This document shows, piece after piece, positions 9,319 through 18,423 of a stretch of 64,000 bases of DNA. Position 1 is the stretch's first letter. Each line of letters opens with the position of its first letter. Both the position numbers and the translations under genes were made by a program. This DNA comes from Alistipes sp. (GTDB taxonomy: Bacteria > Bacteroidota > Bacteroidia > Bacteroidales > Rikenellaceae), in NCBI GenBank assembly GCA_017937805.1, contig JAGBCX010000074.1, positions 20,022-84,021 of the forward strand. The letters run 5' to 3'. Below the pieces are notes generated by a model. The model had not been told where the DNA came from and made no database searches. It saw nothing but the letters and a program-made list of their open reading frames with translations.

Positions 9319-10346
9319 TCGCGATACTTCTGCTTATATCTTCGTTTATTATATTGGGTGGAGCCTTGGCTTTTGTGGTCAAGTGGTTTCGTACATGCCA
9401 CACATGCAGGTGCGTACGCATCTTGCGGGAGGGTATAAGACATATCGGAATAACTGCTATTATAGAGTATCCCGACTCTACTCAACCTTTTTCGGCTCTG
9501 CTTGATGAAGAGTATCCATATAGCGAAATTATCCTGATTACCGATTTACAACGCTACCACGCGACATTTGGTGAGTTGATTCAAAAATACCATCTTATTC
9601 GGGTTAATCACTCTCATATTCGCCATGTACGCGCACTCTATCGCTCACGCCATCGCGCATTTCGTCGGGTAGTAATGGTCAATCTTCCCATAGAATATTC
9701 GCAAAAAGCCTTAGCCGTAGCGAGAGAAGTTGCATCTTACAACTATCTGTTACACCTACGCGGTGAGAGCATTATAGCCCGTAATGCTATAACCTATTGT
9801 GCCAATATTATTGCATCTCACCGCATCTCCGATGATATATCTATGCGTAGTTTTATAGGCAAAGAGCTCTATCTCACACGATGCGATACCCCGCCCAAAA
9901 GGCGTAAGCCCCAAGTTATATCTGATCGTATATTGGCTTGGAGCAACAAGGAACGGCACCTATCACTCGGAGCATTATCGCTGCCGGCCATCATACTCAT
10001 CGTGGCCCATTTTGCCGAGAGTCCTATATTGACAATAGTTGCCGTAGTGGTACTCTCTACGATTGTGCTATTGGTATATATCTCGTGTTGTACGGCAAGC
10101 GAGAAGAGTCTGTTTGCAACCTTAGATGCAATACTACTCAACTTCCACTCTTTTTTGGTAAATGGAGCAAAACGGTTCTATATGAGATGTCGCGAAAGAG
10201 TCTTTTCCGACCTATCGAAACCCAATTTTAATGTCAGGCTTACTCGATTAGTGTCGAAAACTCACGATACTCCTCACGGCTCTTTTCGGGTGCCAACACA
10301 AAATAGACCTGTACGCTATCGCGCAGATTCTCAGCGAGAGCAATAG
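9309..10346 (+). CDS. Degenerate GT2-like membrane protein
   Basis: N-terminal TM segment, EEYPYSEIILITD resembling the GT2 YPxxEVIVVND motif, and C-terminal TM pair. DxD is absent. The 3' end overlaps apbE convergently. Confidence 0.55.
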   Translation: MQLIAILLLISSFIILGGALAFVVKWFRTCHTCRCVRILREGIRHIGITAIIEYPDSTQPFSALLDEEYPYSEIILITDLQRYHATFGELIQKYHLIRVNHSHIRHVRALYRSRHRAFRRVVMVNLPIEYSQKALAVAREVASYNYLLHLRGESIIARNAITYCANIIASHRISDDISMRSFIGKELYLTRCDTPPKRRKPQVISDRILAWSNKERHLSLGALSLPAIILIVAHFAESPILTIVAVVVLSTIVLLVYISCCTASEKSLFATLDAILLNFHSFLVNGAKRFYMRCRERVFSDLSKPNFNVRLTRLVSKTHDTPHGSFRVPTQNRPVRYRADSQREQ

Positions 10347-11217
10347 CATCTCTTTCGTCTGATGCCATAAATGCGGTTGCCAACGCATCTGCCGTAGCGC
10401 ATCGTGGAGCTATAACCGTTGCCGAGAGTAACGAGGTGGTCTGCGAGTGTCCTGTTTGCGGATTGAGGGTGTGGGAGATGCGCTCGCCCTGCTCGTTATA
10501 GTAGAAGCGGCGATAGTTGCCCGATGTGGCGAGTGCCGAGCCGCTAATCTGCACCACCTTCTGCTGATGCAGGCCGGGAGTTTGGTTATTCTCGAATGGT
10601 GTATCAACACCTACACGCCAAGCGATGCCTTTGGCATTTACACCCTTTGCGCAAATCTCACCTCCGACCTCTACAATATAGTTTTCGCACCCTTGCAAGT
10701 TGAGCCACTCGGCAATCAAATCGACTACATAGCCCTTGGCGATGGAGTTGAGGTCTATTTGCACACGAGCATCACTCTTTACAATGCGACCATCTTCGAG
10801 TCGAAATTTCGAAAAGCCGACAAACTGCACAAGCGAGTCGATATTGGGCTTCGCCTCACGATTTTTTGCAGCAAAACCGTAGGCATCGACCAAAGGTTTC
10901 ACTGTAATATCATAGCGCGGAGTGAGAGCGTTAATTTTCGATGCAAGTTCGATATTGCGGGCGATATGGATATCCACCGAGTCGGTCTGGTTGCTGTTGA
11001 TGCGACTCAACAACGACTGCGGATTGAAAATCGACATCGAGGCGTTGGCTTCACTGTTTATGCGTTGCATCTCCTCAAAAATCTGCTTGTTCGAGAGAGT
11101 TGTTTCGGCAACGATATGGTAGGTCGTGCCGAGCATTGTACCATCAACAACACGATATTGAGGTGCGGTAGAGCAACCTGCCAAAAGCAGAGCAACAAAG
11201 AGTATAATCCACTTCAT
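10240..11217 (-). CDS. apbE: FAD:protein FMN transferase (lipoprotein)
   Basis: Lipobox LLAGC, GTMLGTTY, DLNSIAKGY, ATSGNY and ADALATA. Confidence 0.95.
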   Translation of the reverse strand: MKWIILFVALLLAGCSTAPQYRVVDGTMLGTTYHIVAETTLSNKQIFEEMQRINSEANASMSIFNPQSLLSRINSNQTDSVDIHIARNIELASKINALTPRYDITVKPLVDAYGFAAKNREAKPNIDSLVQFVGFSKFRLEDGRIVKSDARVQIDLNSIAKGYVVDLIAEWLNLQGCENYIVEVGGEICAKGVNAKGIAWRVGVDTPFENNQTPGLHQQKVVQISGSALATSGNYRRFYYNEQGERISHTLNPQTGHSQTTSLLSATVIAPRCATADALATAFMASDERDAIALAENLRDSVQVYFVLAPEKSREEYREFSTLIE

Positions 11218-11909
11218 TTTGTCGGAAATTTTCGTTCGAGCAACGCTTCGGAGTCCTTTACAGCGTAGCGATACCAATCGTAGAGCGTGCGGGTGCGCTT
11301 CTCATCGGAGAGGTGCCAATCGCTACATTCAAGACGCATGCGTTGCGACAACATATATATAAGTATAGCAGCCGAAGCCGAAACATTCAGAGAATCGACC
11401 ATTCCGCACATCGGAATCTGCAAAAATTCGTCAGCCTCCGCCAAAATCTCGTCAGATAAACCCGTCTTCTCCGTTCCGAAGATAAGGGCAAATTTACCCT
11501 TCGTAACATCGAAGGTCTCGGGCGTGCAACTCTTGTGGTGTGGTGTGGTGGCGATAATGCGATAATCCTCTTTGCGCAACGCCTTCACTGCATCGGCAGT
11601 TGTGGCGTGGCGGTTGATATCAATCCACTTGTCAGTTCCGAGGGCAATATTGAGGGTTGGCAAGAATGGGCACAACTCCTCTACGGTGTGGATATTTTGC
11701 ACCCCAAACGCCTCGCAGTGGCGCACAATGGCGCTGGCATTCTGGGCGTGAAACATATTCTCGGTCATCACCGTGATATACTCGGTGCGCATATCGAGGG
11801 CTCGGGTGAGTGTGTCGATACGGCTCTCCAAGAGGAACGAGGAGAGATATTCGATGCGCTCACGCAACTCTTCGAGCGAGAGATTATTTTCGGTATTTGT
11901 CATCTTCAT
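11214..11909 (-). CDS. trmH: tRNA (guanosine-2'-O)-methyltransferase, SpoU family
   Basis: NASAIVRHCEAFG, FGTEKTG and IPMCGMVDSLNVS. Confidence 0.9.
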   Translation of the reverse strand: MKMTNTENNLSLEELRERIEYLSSFLLESRIDTLTRALDMRTEYITVMTENMFHAQNASAIVRHCEAFGVQNIHTVEELCPFLPTLNIALGTDKWIDINRHATTADAVKALRKEDYRIIATTPHHKSCTPETFDVTKGKFALIFGTEKTGLSDEILAEADEFLQIPMCGMVDSLNVSASAAILIYMLSQRMRLECSDWHLSDEKRTRTLYDWYRYAVKDSEALLERKFPTK

Positions 11910-12804
11910 CGAGTATTTTCAGGTAACTTTCGTAACGAGAGAATGCAATCTCCTCACGCTTTACAGCCTCTATCACAGCGCAGTGTGGCTCGTGGGTGTG
12001 GGTGCAGTTGAAGAACTTGCACTCGCCGGCACGCGAAATCATCTCAGGGAAGTAGTGCCACAACTCCTTATCATCAATATCAATCAAGCCAAAGCCCTTA
12101 ACGCCCGGAGTGTCAATGATATAGCCATCGGCGATGCGGTACATCGTGGAGAAGGTGGTGGTATGCTTGCCCTTGTGGAACGAGTCCGATATCTCACCCG
12201 TGCGGATATCTATCGTAGGGTCTATCGCCCCGATAAGTGTCGATTTTCCAACGCCCGAATTGCCCGATAGCAGAGTGGTTTTACCCACCAGCATCGCCTT
12301 TACGCGCTCAACTCCTACGCCCTCGGTTGCCGATATGTCGATAACCTCGTAGCCTGCACCCTCATATATGCGGTGGAACTCTGCAATCGCCTCAGGATTA
12401 TCTTGCAAGAGGTCAATCTTTGCCAAAAGAATGGTTACCGGCACTTTGTATGCCTCGCAGGTAACGAGAAAGCGGTCTATAAACTCGGTGGCGGTAACGG
12501 GCTCAACGAGCGTTACGACCAACATTGCACGGTCTATATTCGAGGCTATAATGTGCGACTCCTTCGAGAGGTTCGATGCTCGGCGGATAATGTAGTTGTG
12601 GCGTGGTGCAATATCGACAATCACCCACTCGCCATCTTCGCCACACTCGCAATGTACCGTGTCGCCCACAACTACGGGGTTTGTGGAGCGCACACCACGC
12701 AGGCGCAACTTGCCACGCATACGGCAGCGCAACACCTCGCCCTCGTGCAACACCTCGTACCAACTGCCTGTGGCACGCATCACCAAACCTTCAACTCTCT
12801 GCAT
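11884..12804 (-). CDS. rsgA: Ribosome small-subunit-dependent GTPase A
   Basis: GNSGVGKS, GKHTTT, DTPG and a C-terminal zinc site CKFFNCTHTHEPHC. Confidence 0.96.
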   Translation of the reverse strand: MQRVEGLVMRATGSWYEVLHEGEVLRCRMRGKLRLRGVRSTNPVVVGDTVHCECGEDGEWVIVDIAPRHNYIIRRASNLSKESHIIASNIDRAMLVVTLVEPVTATEFIDRFLVTCEAYKVPVTILLAKIDLLQDNPEAIAEFHRIYEGAGYEVIDISATEGVGVERVKAMLVGKTTLLSGNSGVGKSTLIGAIDPTIDIRTGEISDSFHKGKHTTTFSTMYRIADGYIIDTPGVKGFGLIDIDDKELWHYFPEMISRAGECKFFNCTHTHEPHCAVIEAVKREEIAFSRYESYLKILDEDDKYRK

Positions 12805-12807
12805 CGG

Positions 12808-13311
12808 CTACGCTTTTGGGGTTTGTAGAAGGAGGGCCTGCTTTGCCTCGTTCCAATAGTTGAATAGCGGCTCGGCACACTTGCGGACAACATCGAACGA
12901 TATGGAGTTGTCGAAGTATTGAGGCTCAACAAATTGCAGATTTGCATTGAGGGCGAAAATCGCAGCATAGAGCATGCTCAACACGATTAAACCCTTGACG
13001 ATTGACAGCACAATTCCGAGCAGGGTATTAACCCAACCCAAGCCGATAAACGATAGAACTCTCGCAATAAGTCGTGCGATAAGTGTTGCAACGATAAGTG
13101 TTGCAACAAAGGTAATCAAGAAGCCGGCAACTACCGAAAATCGTGCATCGATGCCGAACATCTCGCCTACGGCAGTGCCATAGCGAAGTGAGAGAACGAT
13201 ACCGAGAATAATGCCTAAAAGTCCGAGCAGCTGCGACACAAAACCGCTTCGCCAACCACTAACCACCGCCCAAATGAGGGCAACAAGGGTAAGAATATCA
13301 AAAAAATTCAT
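12808..13311 (-). CDS. cvpA: CvpA family membrane protein
   Basis: MNFFDIL...GWRSGFVSQ, four TM helices and GLGWVNTLLG. Confidence 0.85.
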   Translation of the reverse strand: MNFFDILTLVALIWAVVSGWRSGFVSQLLGLLGIILGIVLSLRYGTAVGEMFGIDARFSVVAGFLITFVATLIVATLIARLIARVLSFIGLGWVNTLLGIVLSIVKGLIVLSMLYAAIFALNANLQFVEPQYFDNSISFDVVRKCAEPLFNYWNEAKQALLLQTPKA

Positions 13312-13512
13312 CACAAAAAGTCTTAATAACCGCACGAAGTTAGCAAATTATTTTGGAATAGAGAGCGTTTTATACTGTAAAATGTAACAGCATAACGGCT
13401 AGTAAGGGTTGTTAAAGGTTGTTAAAGCTATTAAAGTGCCGACACACAAACTCCCCTTAATCACCCTTAATTACCTTTAATCTCCATTAACAGCCTTTAT
13501 AATCTTGTCGGC

Positions 13513-13549
13513 AAAACAAACCCTCCGCAGAGTTTTTTTCTGCGGAGGG
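13513..13549 (-). terminator. Terminator hairpin downstream of the LRR gene
   Basis: CCCTCCGCAGA...TCTGCGGAGGG stem with a T-rich tail on the minus strand. Confidence 0.7.
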
Positions 13550-13556
13550 CAATCGT

Positions 13557-13730
13557 TCGTCATTGCGAGAGCCGTAGGCTCGTGGCACCGCTGCGATTAA
13601 GCCGAGGGCAGAGGCTGCTTGCAGACTTTGCCGAGGCGGAGCAGTGAAGACCGGAGGTCAATCTCCCGCTTTTAATTTTAATAACAATAAGGGAGATTAC
13701 CGCAGTCGCCTTGCTCCTTCGTAATGACGA
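13557..13730. repeat. GTCATTGCGAG-type palindromic repeat carrying an internal insertion
   Basis: Terminal inverted repeats TCGTCATTGCGA / TCGTAATGACGA and inner AATCTCCC...GGGAGATT arms. Confidence 0.65.
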
Positions 13731-13742
13731 TTTGTTTCATTG

Positions 13743-16082
13743 CTAGAACTCTTTTTCCTCAATACTGTCTGCGTAGTCGCTCCAATACGATTTAGCCTTA
13801 TATGCCTCGCCTGAGCCTATTGGCACATAAATTTTACGCCCCGAAGCGTTACTGTCGAACATATCAGACCCTCCTGTCGGTGGAGTTGTAGGCTTGCAAT
13901 AAACCTCTGTCAATGAAGTACAAGAACCCAAGGCACTTCCGCCAATTGAAATAACACTTTCTGGAATAGTTATAGTTTTAAGGGCAGAACACCGTGCAAA
14001 AGCAAATGAACCAATAGTTTTAACACCTTCAGGAATAGATATTTCAGTCAGATTTACACAGCCTCCAAATGTATTCTTGCAAATGTGAGTTGCATTGTCG
14101 GGTATAATATATTTGTTTATATTAGCAGGGGCAAATGCTACTAACTCACCATTAATAATTATACAGCGATTATCATTTGAAACAAAAGGTCCATAAAATG
14201 CTATTAACTTATCGCAGTATGAAAAAGCACTTGATTCAATAGATTGCAAGCTGTTAGGTAAAGTTATATATTCTAAATTATGTTGGGAAAATGCTCCGCT
14301 AGCAATTGTTGTTACGCCATCGGGAATAGTGTATTCTGTTAGTCCAGACGAAGCAAATGCTTCTAATGTATTCTCAACTATCAAGCAACGATTATCCTCT
14401 GATGCGAATTTTCCATAAAACGCTTTTACTGAAAAACAATGTGAAAATGCATATTCAGAAATTGTATTCACACCTTTACCAATTGTAATATATTTTACTG
14501 TTGTACAAAAATTAAATGCTTCTCTCCCTATTTTTATAACACTATCTGGAATTGTAATATCGCTTAGTTTTGTACAGTTCCTAAACGCCCTCTCCTCAAT
14601 TGATATAACATTTTTTGGAATAATAGCATTTTTTAAAGAATTGCAATATGCAAATGCTTGACTGCTAATTCCTACAACACTATTGGGCATAACAACATTA
14701 TTCAATGAAGCGCATCTCAAAAATGCATTATATCCAATTTTTGTAACCTCTCCATCAAATTTGATAACACCTTTCCCATTTTTATAGATATTCGATACTA
14801 TATTTGCACCGAAAATATCAACGCCCTCTTTGTTTGGGGTCAATGGTTGATTGTCGGTTGTAGTGTACCAAATCTCATCGGTAATCTCCTTTGTAACCAT
14901 TGGCACATACTCGCTTGTCACAGAGTTGTTTTCATCGCTAATAACCAACGCTACGCTTGCCTCTTGTGTGCCTGCAAAGAACTCCTCCGAGAGATTCTCG
15001 CCCGATGCAGTAACGGTGATAACGCCATTCTCGGCATCTGCCTCAAACTTTGTAACAGCCATCTTCACAAGCGATACGGCACGAGTCTTGGTATATACAG
15101 CCTCGCACGAAAGCGCCTCACTCCAAACCTTCTCTAACTCGGCAACGCACTCCTTTGGTGATACCTTAAAATCGAAAATAACCTCGCTTACAGCTCCAAT
15201 GCGAGTAACCAACGCCTTGCCATCGCTATATTGCGGCACATACGACACCGACTGAATACGCGCCAAAAGTTTGGCAATATCCTCGGTGTTCTTATCCACT
15301 TGCGCTTGCAGGGTTGTTATCTTGGCATTAATCGCTGCAACCGCCTCGTCAATGCGCTTATTTACTGCTGCAATCTCGCTTGCAATCTTGGTGTTGATAA
15401 CACCGTTATTCTCGGTTATAGCCTCCTCGATAGCCTTTTTGTATGCTTCGGTAATCTCTTGCTTAGCGGATTCAAGTTGCGATTTCAACTCGTTCAACTC
15501 ATCTTGCAAAATCTTGTCGCCATCGGCAATTGCCTTTTCGAGTGTGGCGATTTTTGCATCAATCTCCGCAATAGTGTAGTAGTTCGACAACTGCTCGCCT
15601 ACCCACGATTTGAGCGAGGTTTCGAGATTTGTGATAGCGGTTGCAAGATTTGCGGCAGCCTCAGTTTTGTTTGCATCAACAAACGATTTGAGGGCTGTAA
15701 CCTCGCTCGACAATGCATTGAGTTGCTCCAAAGTGGCGAAAGTTGTCGACACCCAATCTTTTGTTGATTTGAGAGCATCATCTACATACTTTTTCAAATT
15801 CTCAATTCTCGTCTCAATGGCTTTGTCTGCCTCTTTCAATGCGACAATCTCCTCGGCAGTCGCCTCATCGCTCGCTTCGAGGGCTTTGATACTCTCGTCT
15901 AATGACTTGTCAATCTCTTCGAGAGCCTTAATCGAGGTCTGAATTGCGGATATCTGCTCCTCAATAGAAGGCACAGATTGCTCTAACGCATCGAGGCGTT
16001 CATCAATCGCATTGATGTCGTCTGTATAATCAACACAGCTAACAAGTAATGCAATTAGTGAAAAAAGAAAAATTTTCTTCAT
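13743..16082 (-). CDS. Surface lipoprotein with N-terminal coiled coil and BspA-type leucine-rich repeats
   Basis: Lipobox LLVSC, a long heptad coiled coil, repeats of the xIPxxVxxIGxxAFxxCxxL type, and C-terminal cap VYCKPTTPP...KIYVP. Confidence 0.9.
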   Translation of the reverse strand: MKKIFLFSLIALLVSCVDYTDDINAIDERLDALEQSVPSIEEQISAIQTSIKALEEIDKSLDESIKALEASDEATAEEIVALKEADKAIETRIENLKKYVDDALKSTKDWVSTTFATLEQLNALSSEVTALKSFVDANKTEAAANLATAITNLETSLKSWVGEQLSNYYTIAEIDAKIATLEKAIADGDKILQDELNELKSQLESAKQEITEAYKKAIEEAITENNGVINTKIASEIAAVNKRIDEAVAAINAKITTLQAQVDKNTEDIAKLLARIQSVSYVPQYSDGKALVTRIGAVSEVIFDFKVSPKECVAELEKVWSEALSCEAVYTKTRAVSLVKMAVTKFEADAENGVITVTASGENLSEEFFAGTQEASVALVISDENNSVTSEYVPMVTKEITDEIWYTTTDNQPLTPNKEGVDIFGANIVSNIYKNGKGVIKFDGEVTKIGYNAFLRCASLNNVVMPNSVVGISSQAFAYCNSLKNAIIPKNVISIEERAFRNCTKLSDITIPDSVIKIGREAFNFCTTVKYITIGKGVNTISEYAFSHCFSVKAFYGKFASEDNRCLIVENTLEAFASSGLTEYTIPDGVTTIASGAFSQHNLEYITLPNSLQSIESSAFSYCDKLIAFYGPFVSNDNRCIIINGELVAFAPANINKYIIPDNATHICKNTFGGCVNLTEISIPEGVKTIGSFAFARCSALKTITIPESVISIGGSALGSCTSLTEVYCKPTTPPTGGSDMFDSNASGRKIYVPIGSGEAYKAKSYWSDYADSIEEKEF

Positions 16083-16136
16083 TTTTGTAATTTTTTGTTG
16101 CCCATCAACCCCGAATGTGCGGTTATTATAAATAAA

Positions 16137-16350
16137 GAAAGTGTGGAGTTGACTTCGTTTACTATTGAGAGGCATTTGGCGTGGCCCGAACACAATAAAC
16201 TACACTCCACACCGATATATAGTTGCAAATGCCACTATACACGGTAGTTGCAAGTTTTTTGCCTCCTTGTGTTCAAAAAATCGCCAAATTTCTCAATAAG
16301 GATAGCGAAACACTTTCACTAATAATATGTCTGCAACCCAACGGACTGCA
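16137..16350 (-). ncRNA. Structured leader element, copy A (upstream of the LRR lipoprotein)
   Basis: Follows promoter TTTG-N20-TAATTTTG (16354-16385). Contains GCAGACATA, the GAAAGTGT...ACACTTTC closing helix and nested helices. Homologous to four other copies. Confidence 0.75.
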
Positions 16351-16452
16351 CCACAAAATTATAAATTTATTTCAAAAATTGCAAAATTTCTCTCGTCTCT
16401 CGTCTCTCATCTCTCGTCTTTTTACTATCTTTGCACTTACAAAGTTGGAACT

Positions 16453-18423
16453 ATGAAGAGAGCCATAATATATATTGCCCTTGTTGTCGGCATCGTTTGC
16501 GGTGCTTCGGCACGAGAAATATACTCGCTTAATAGCGGTTGGAAGTTCTTTTTTGCGGAGGAGAATTCGAGCGATAATGCCCGCGAGATTGCCCTGCCCC
16601 ACACTTGGAATATAGACGCCTTTGTGGGCGATGGCTCCTATCTCCAAACCTCCGCCAACTATCAGCGCACGCTCTTTATCCCTGCCGAGTGGAAGGGAAA
16701 GAGGGTTTTTCTGCGCTTCCAAGGCGTTCAGAGCGTTGCCGATCTCTTCGTAAATGGTCGTCATATCGGGGAGCATTATGGCGGATATACCGCTTTCGCA
16801 TTTGAGATTTCGGATAAGGTGTCGTATGGCTACAACAACACCCTTTTGGTGGCGGTGAGCAACGCCATGCGTAGCGATGTTCTGCCAACTTCGAGCGAGG
16901 AGAATCGCTACGGCGGAATATATCGCGATGTCGAACTTATCGTAACCGACAAAACCACCGTTTCGCCACTCTACTACGGCACCGATGGTGTGATGGTGCA
17001 TCAGAGCGAGGTGACGAAGGAGCGTGTTTCGGGCAAGGTCGATATCGCTCTGCTCGGCAAGAAGGACTCCTCGCACAGCGTTACGGTCGATTTTCTCGCC
17101 CCCGATGGTTATGTGTCGTTGTCGAAGACGGTAAAGGCGAAGATTGACGGCAACTTATTGGCGATGCCGTTCACAATTGAGAATGCCGAACTTTGGACAC
17201 CATCGCAGCCACGCCTCTACACCGTACGTGTTACAGTAGGCGAGGAGTCGGTGGAGGTTAAGACCGGCTTCCGCAAAATTGAGGTTACACCGGAGAAGAA
17301 ATTTACCGTAAATGGTCGCCGTGTGCGTGTGCGTGGCGTACTGCTCGGACACGACCGATTGCCGAAGGGAAATGCGGTGTCGCAGGCGGAGATAAACTCC
17401 GACCTTGCACTTATTCGTGAAATGGGTGCAAATGCTGTGCGCTCGGTTACGGGGCCTCATTCGCAACACCTCTACAACGAGTGCGACCGCCTCGGAATGG
17501 TGGCGTGGGTGGATTTTCCACTTGCGCGTGCGCCATTTTTGAGCGATATACCGTACTATTCGACCTTGCGTTTCGAGGGGAATGGCTTGCAACAGTTGCA
17601 CGAAATAGTTTTGCAGAATATCAACCACCCTTCGGTAGCGATGTGGGGAGTATTTTCGATGTTGCGTGGCAACTCCAAACAACAGATGGATTATATTCGC
17701 AAGTTGAACTCCACTGCCAAAAAACTCGATGCAAGTCGCCCTACAGTGGCTATGAGTAACCAAGATGGCGAGATAAATTTCATTACCGACCTTATCGTTT
17801 GGCAACAAGCGGTAGGTTGGGAGAGTGGCGAGGTAACCGATTTGGATTTGTGGCAGGGAGCATTGCGCACCAATTGGAACCACCTCCGTCAAGCGGTGTG
17901 CTATGGCGAGAGTAGCAATGGACCACGATTTGTATCAACTAAGGCTGCTTGTAATGCAGTAGAGGCGAGCGCCCGCCAGCAGAAGTTCCACGAGGGATAT
18001 TCGCGATTGGTTGATGAAGATTTGTTCTGGGGTGTATGGCTCAATTCAATGTTCGATATGGGCTCGGCTCGTTATCAGCACGGAGTACGCAATTCGGGTG
18101 TTGTTGCGGGCGACCACAAGAGTCGTAAAAACCTCTTCTACCTCTACAAGTCGCAGTGGAATCGCCGCAAGCCGACACTTCATATTACCGACAAACACCG
18201 CAGTATCCGTGCCGAGGAGCGTCAGGTGCTTACGGTCTATTCTTCGCTTGGTCGCCCTGTGATGACCATAAATGGCGATACGGTGGCGTGTGAGAATGTG
18301 GCACGCACGATATACCGCACCGATACCCTCACCTTGAAGGGTACAAATGCTGTAAAGGTTACGGTTGGGGATAAGACAGACGAGATGTCGCTTACAATCG
18401 GCAACTATCTAAGAGTGCAATAG
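16453..18423 (+). CDS. Glycoside hydrolase family 2-like secreted protein, catalytic residues apparently lost
   Basis: Signal peptide, GH2 sugar-binding motifs (LPHTWN, FLRFQGV, GGYTAF, YGGIYRDV), TGFRKIE and NHPSVAMW. Confidence 0.85.
   Translation: MKRAIIYIALVVGIVCGASAREIYSLNSGWKFFFAEENSSDNAREIALPHTWNIDAFVGDGSYLQTSANYQRTLFIPAEWKGKRVFLRFQGVQSVADLFVNGRHIGEHYGGYTAFAFEISDKVSYGYNNTLLVAVSNAMRSDVLPTSSEENRYGGIYRDVELIVTDKTTVSPLYYGTDGVMVHQSEVTKERVSGKVDIALLGKKDSSHSVTVDFLAPDGYVSLSKTVKAKIDGNLLAMPFTIENAELWTPSQPRLYTVRVTVGEESVEVKTGFRKIEVTPEKKFTVNGRRVRVRGVLLGHDRLPKGNAVSQAEINSDLALIREMGANAVRSVTGPHSQHLYNECDRLGMVAWVDFPLARAPFLSDIPYYSTLRFEGNGLQQLHEIVLQNINHPSVAMWGVFSMLRGNSKQQMDYIRKLNSTAKKLDASRPTVAMSNQDGEINFITDLIVWQQAVGWESGEVTDLDLWQGALRTNWNHLRQAVCYGESSNGPRFVSTKAACNAVEASARQQKFHEGYSRLVDEDLFWGVWLNSMFDMGSARYQHGVRNSGVVAGDHKSRKNLFYLYKSQWNRRKPTLHITDKHRSIRAEERQVLTVYSSLGRPVMTINGDTVACENVARTIYRTDTLTLKGTNAVKVTVGDKTDEMSLTIGNYLRVQ

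Noticed and set aside
16137-16350. Leader family as a known riboswitch (cobalamin, TPP, SAM, FMN), T-box or IS end
   Set aside because: None of the diagnostic cores was recognised, the downstream genes are not metabolic, and there is no transposase or paired element end. An Rfam search is still needed.
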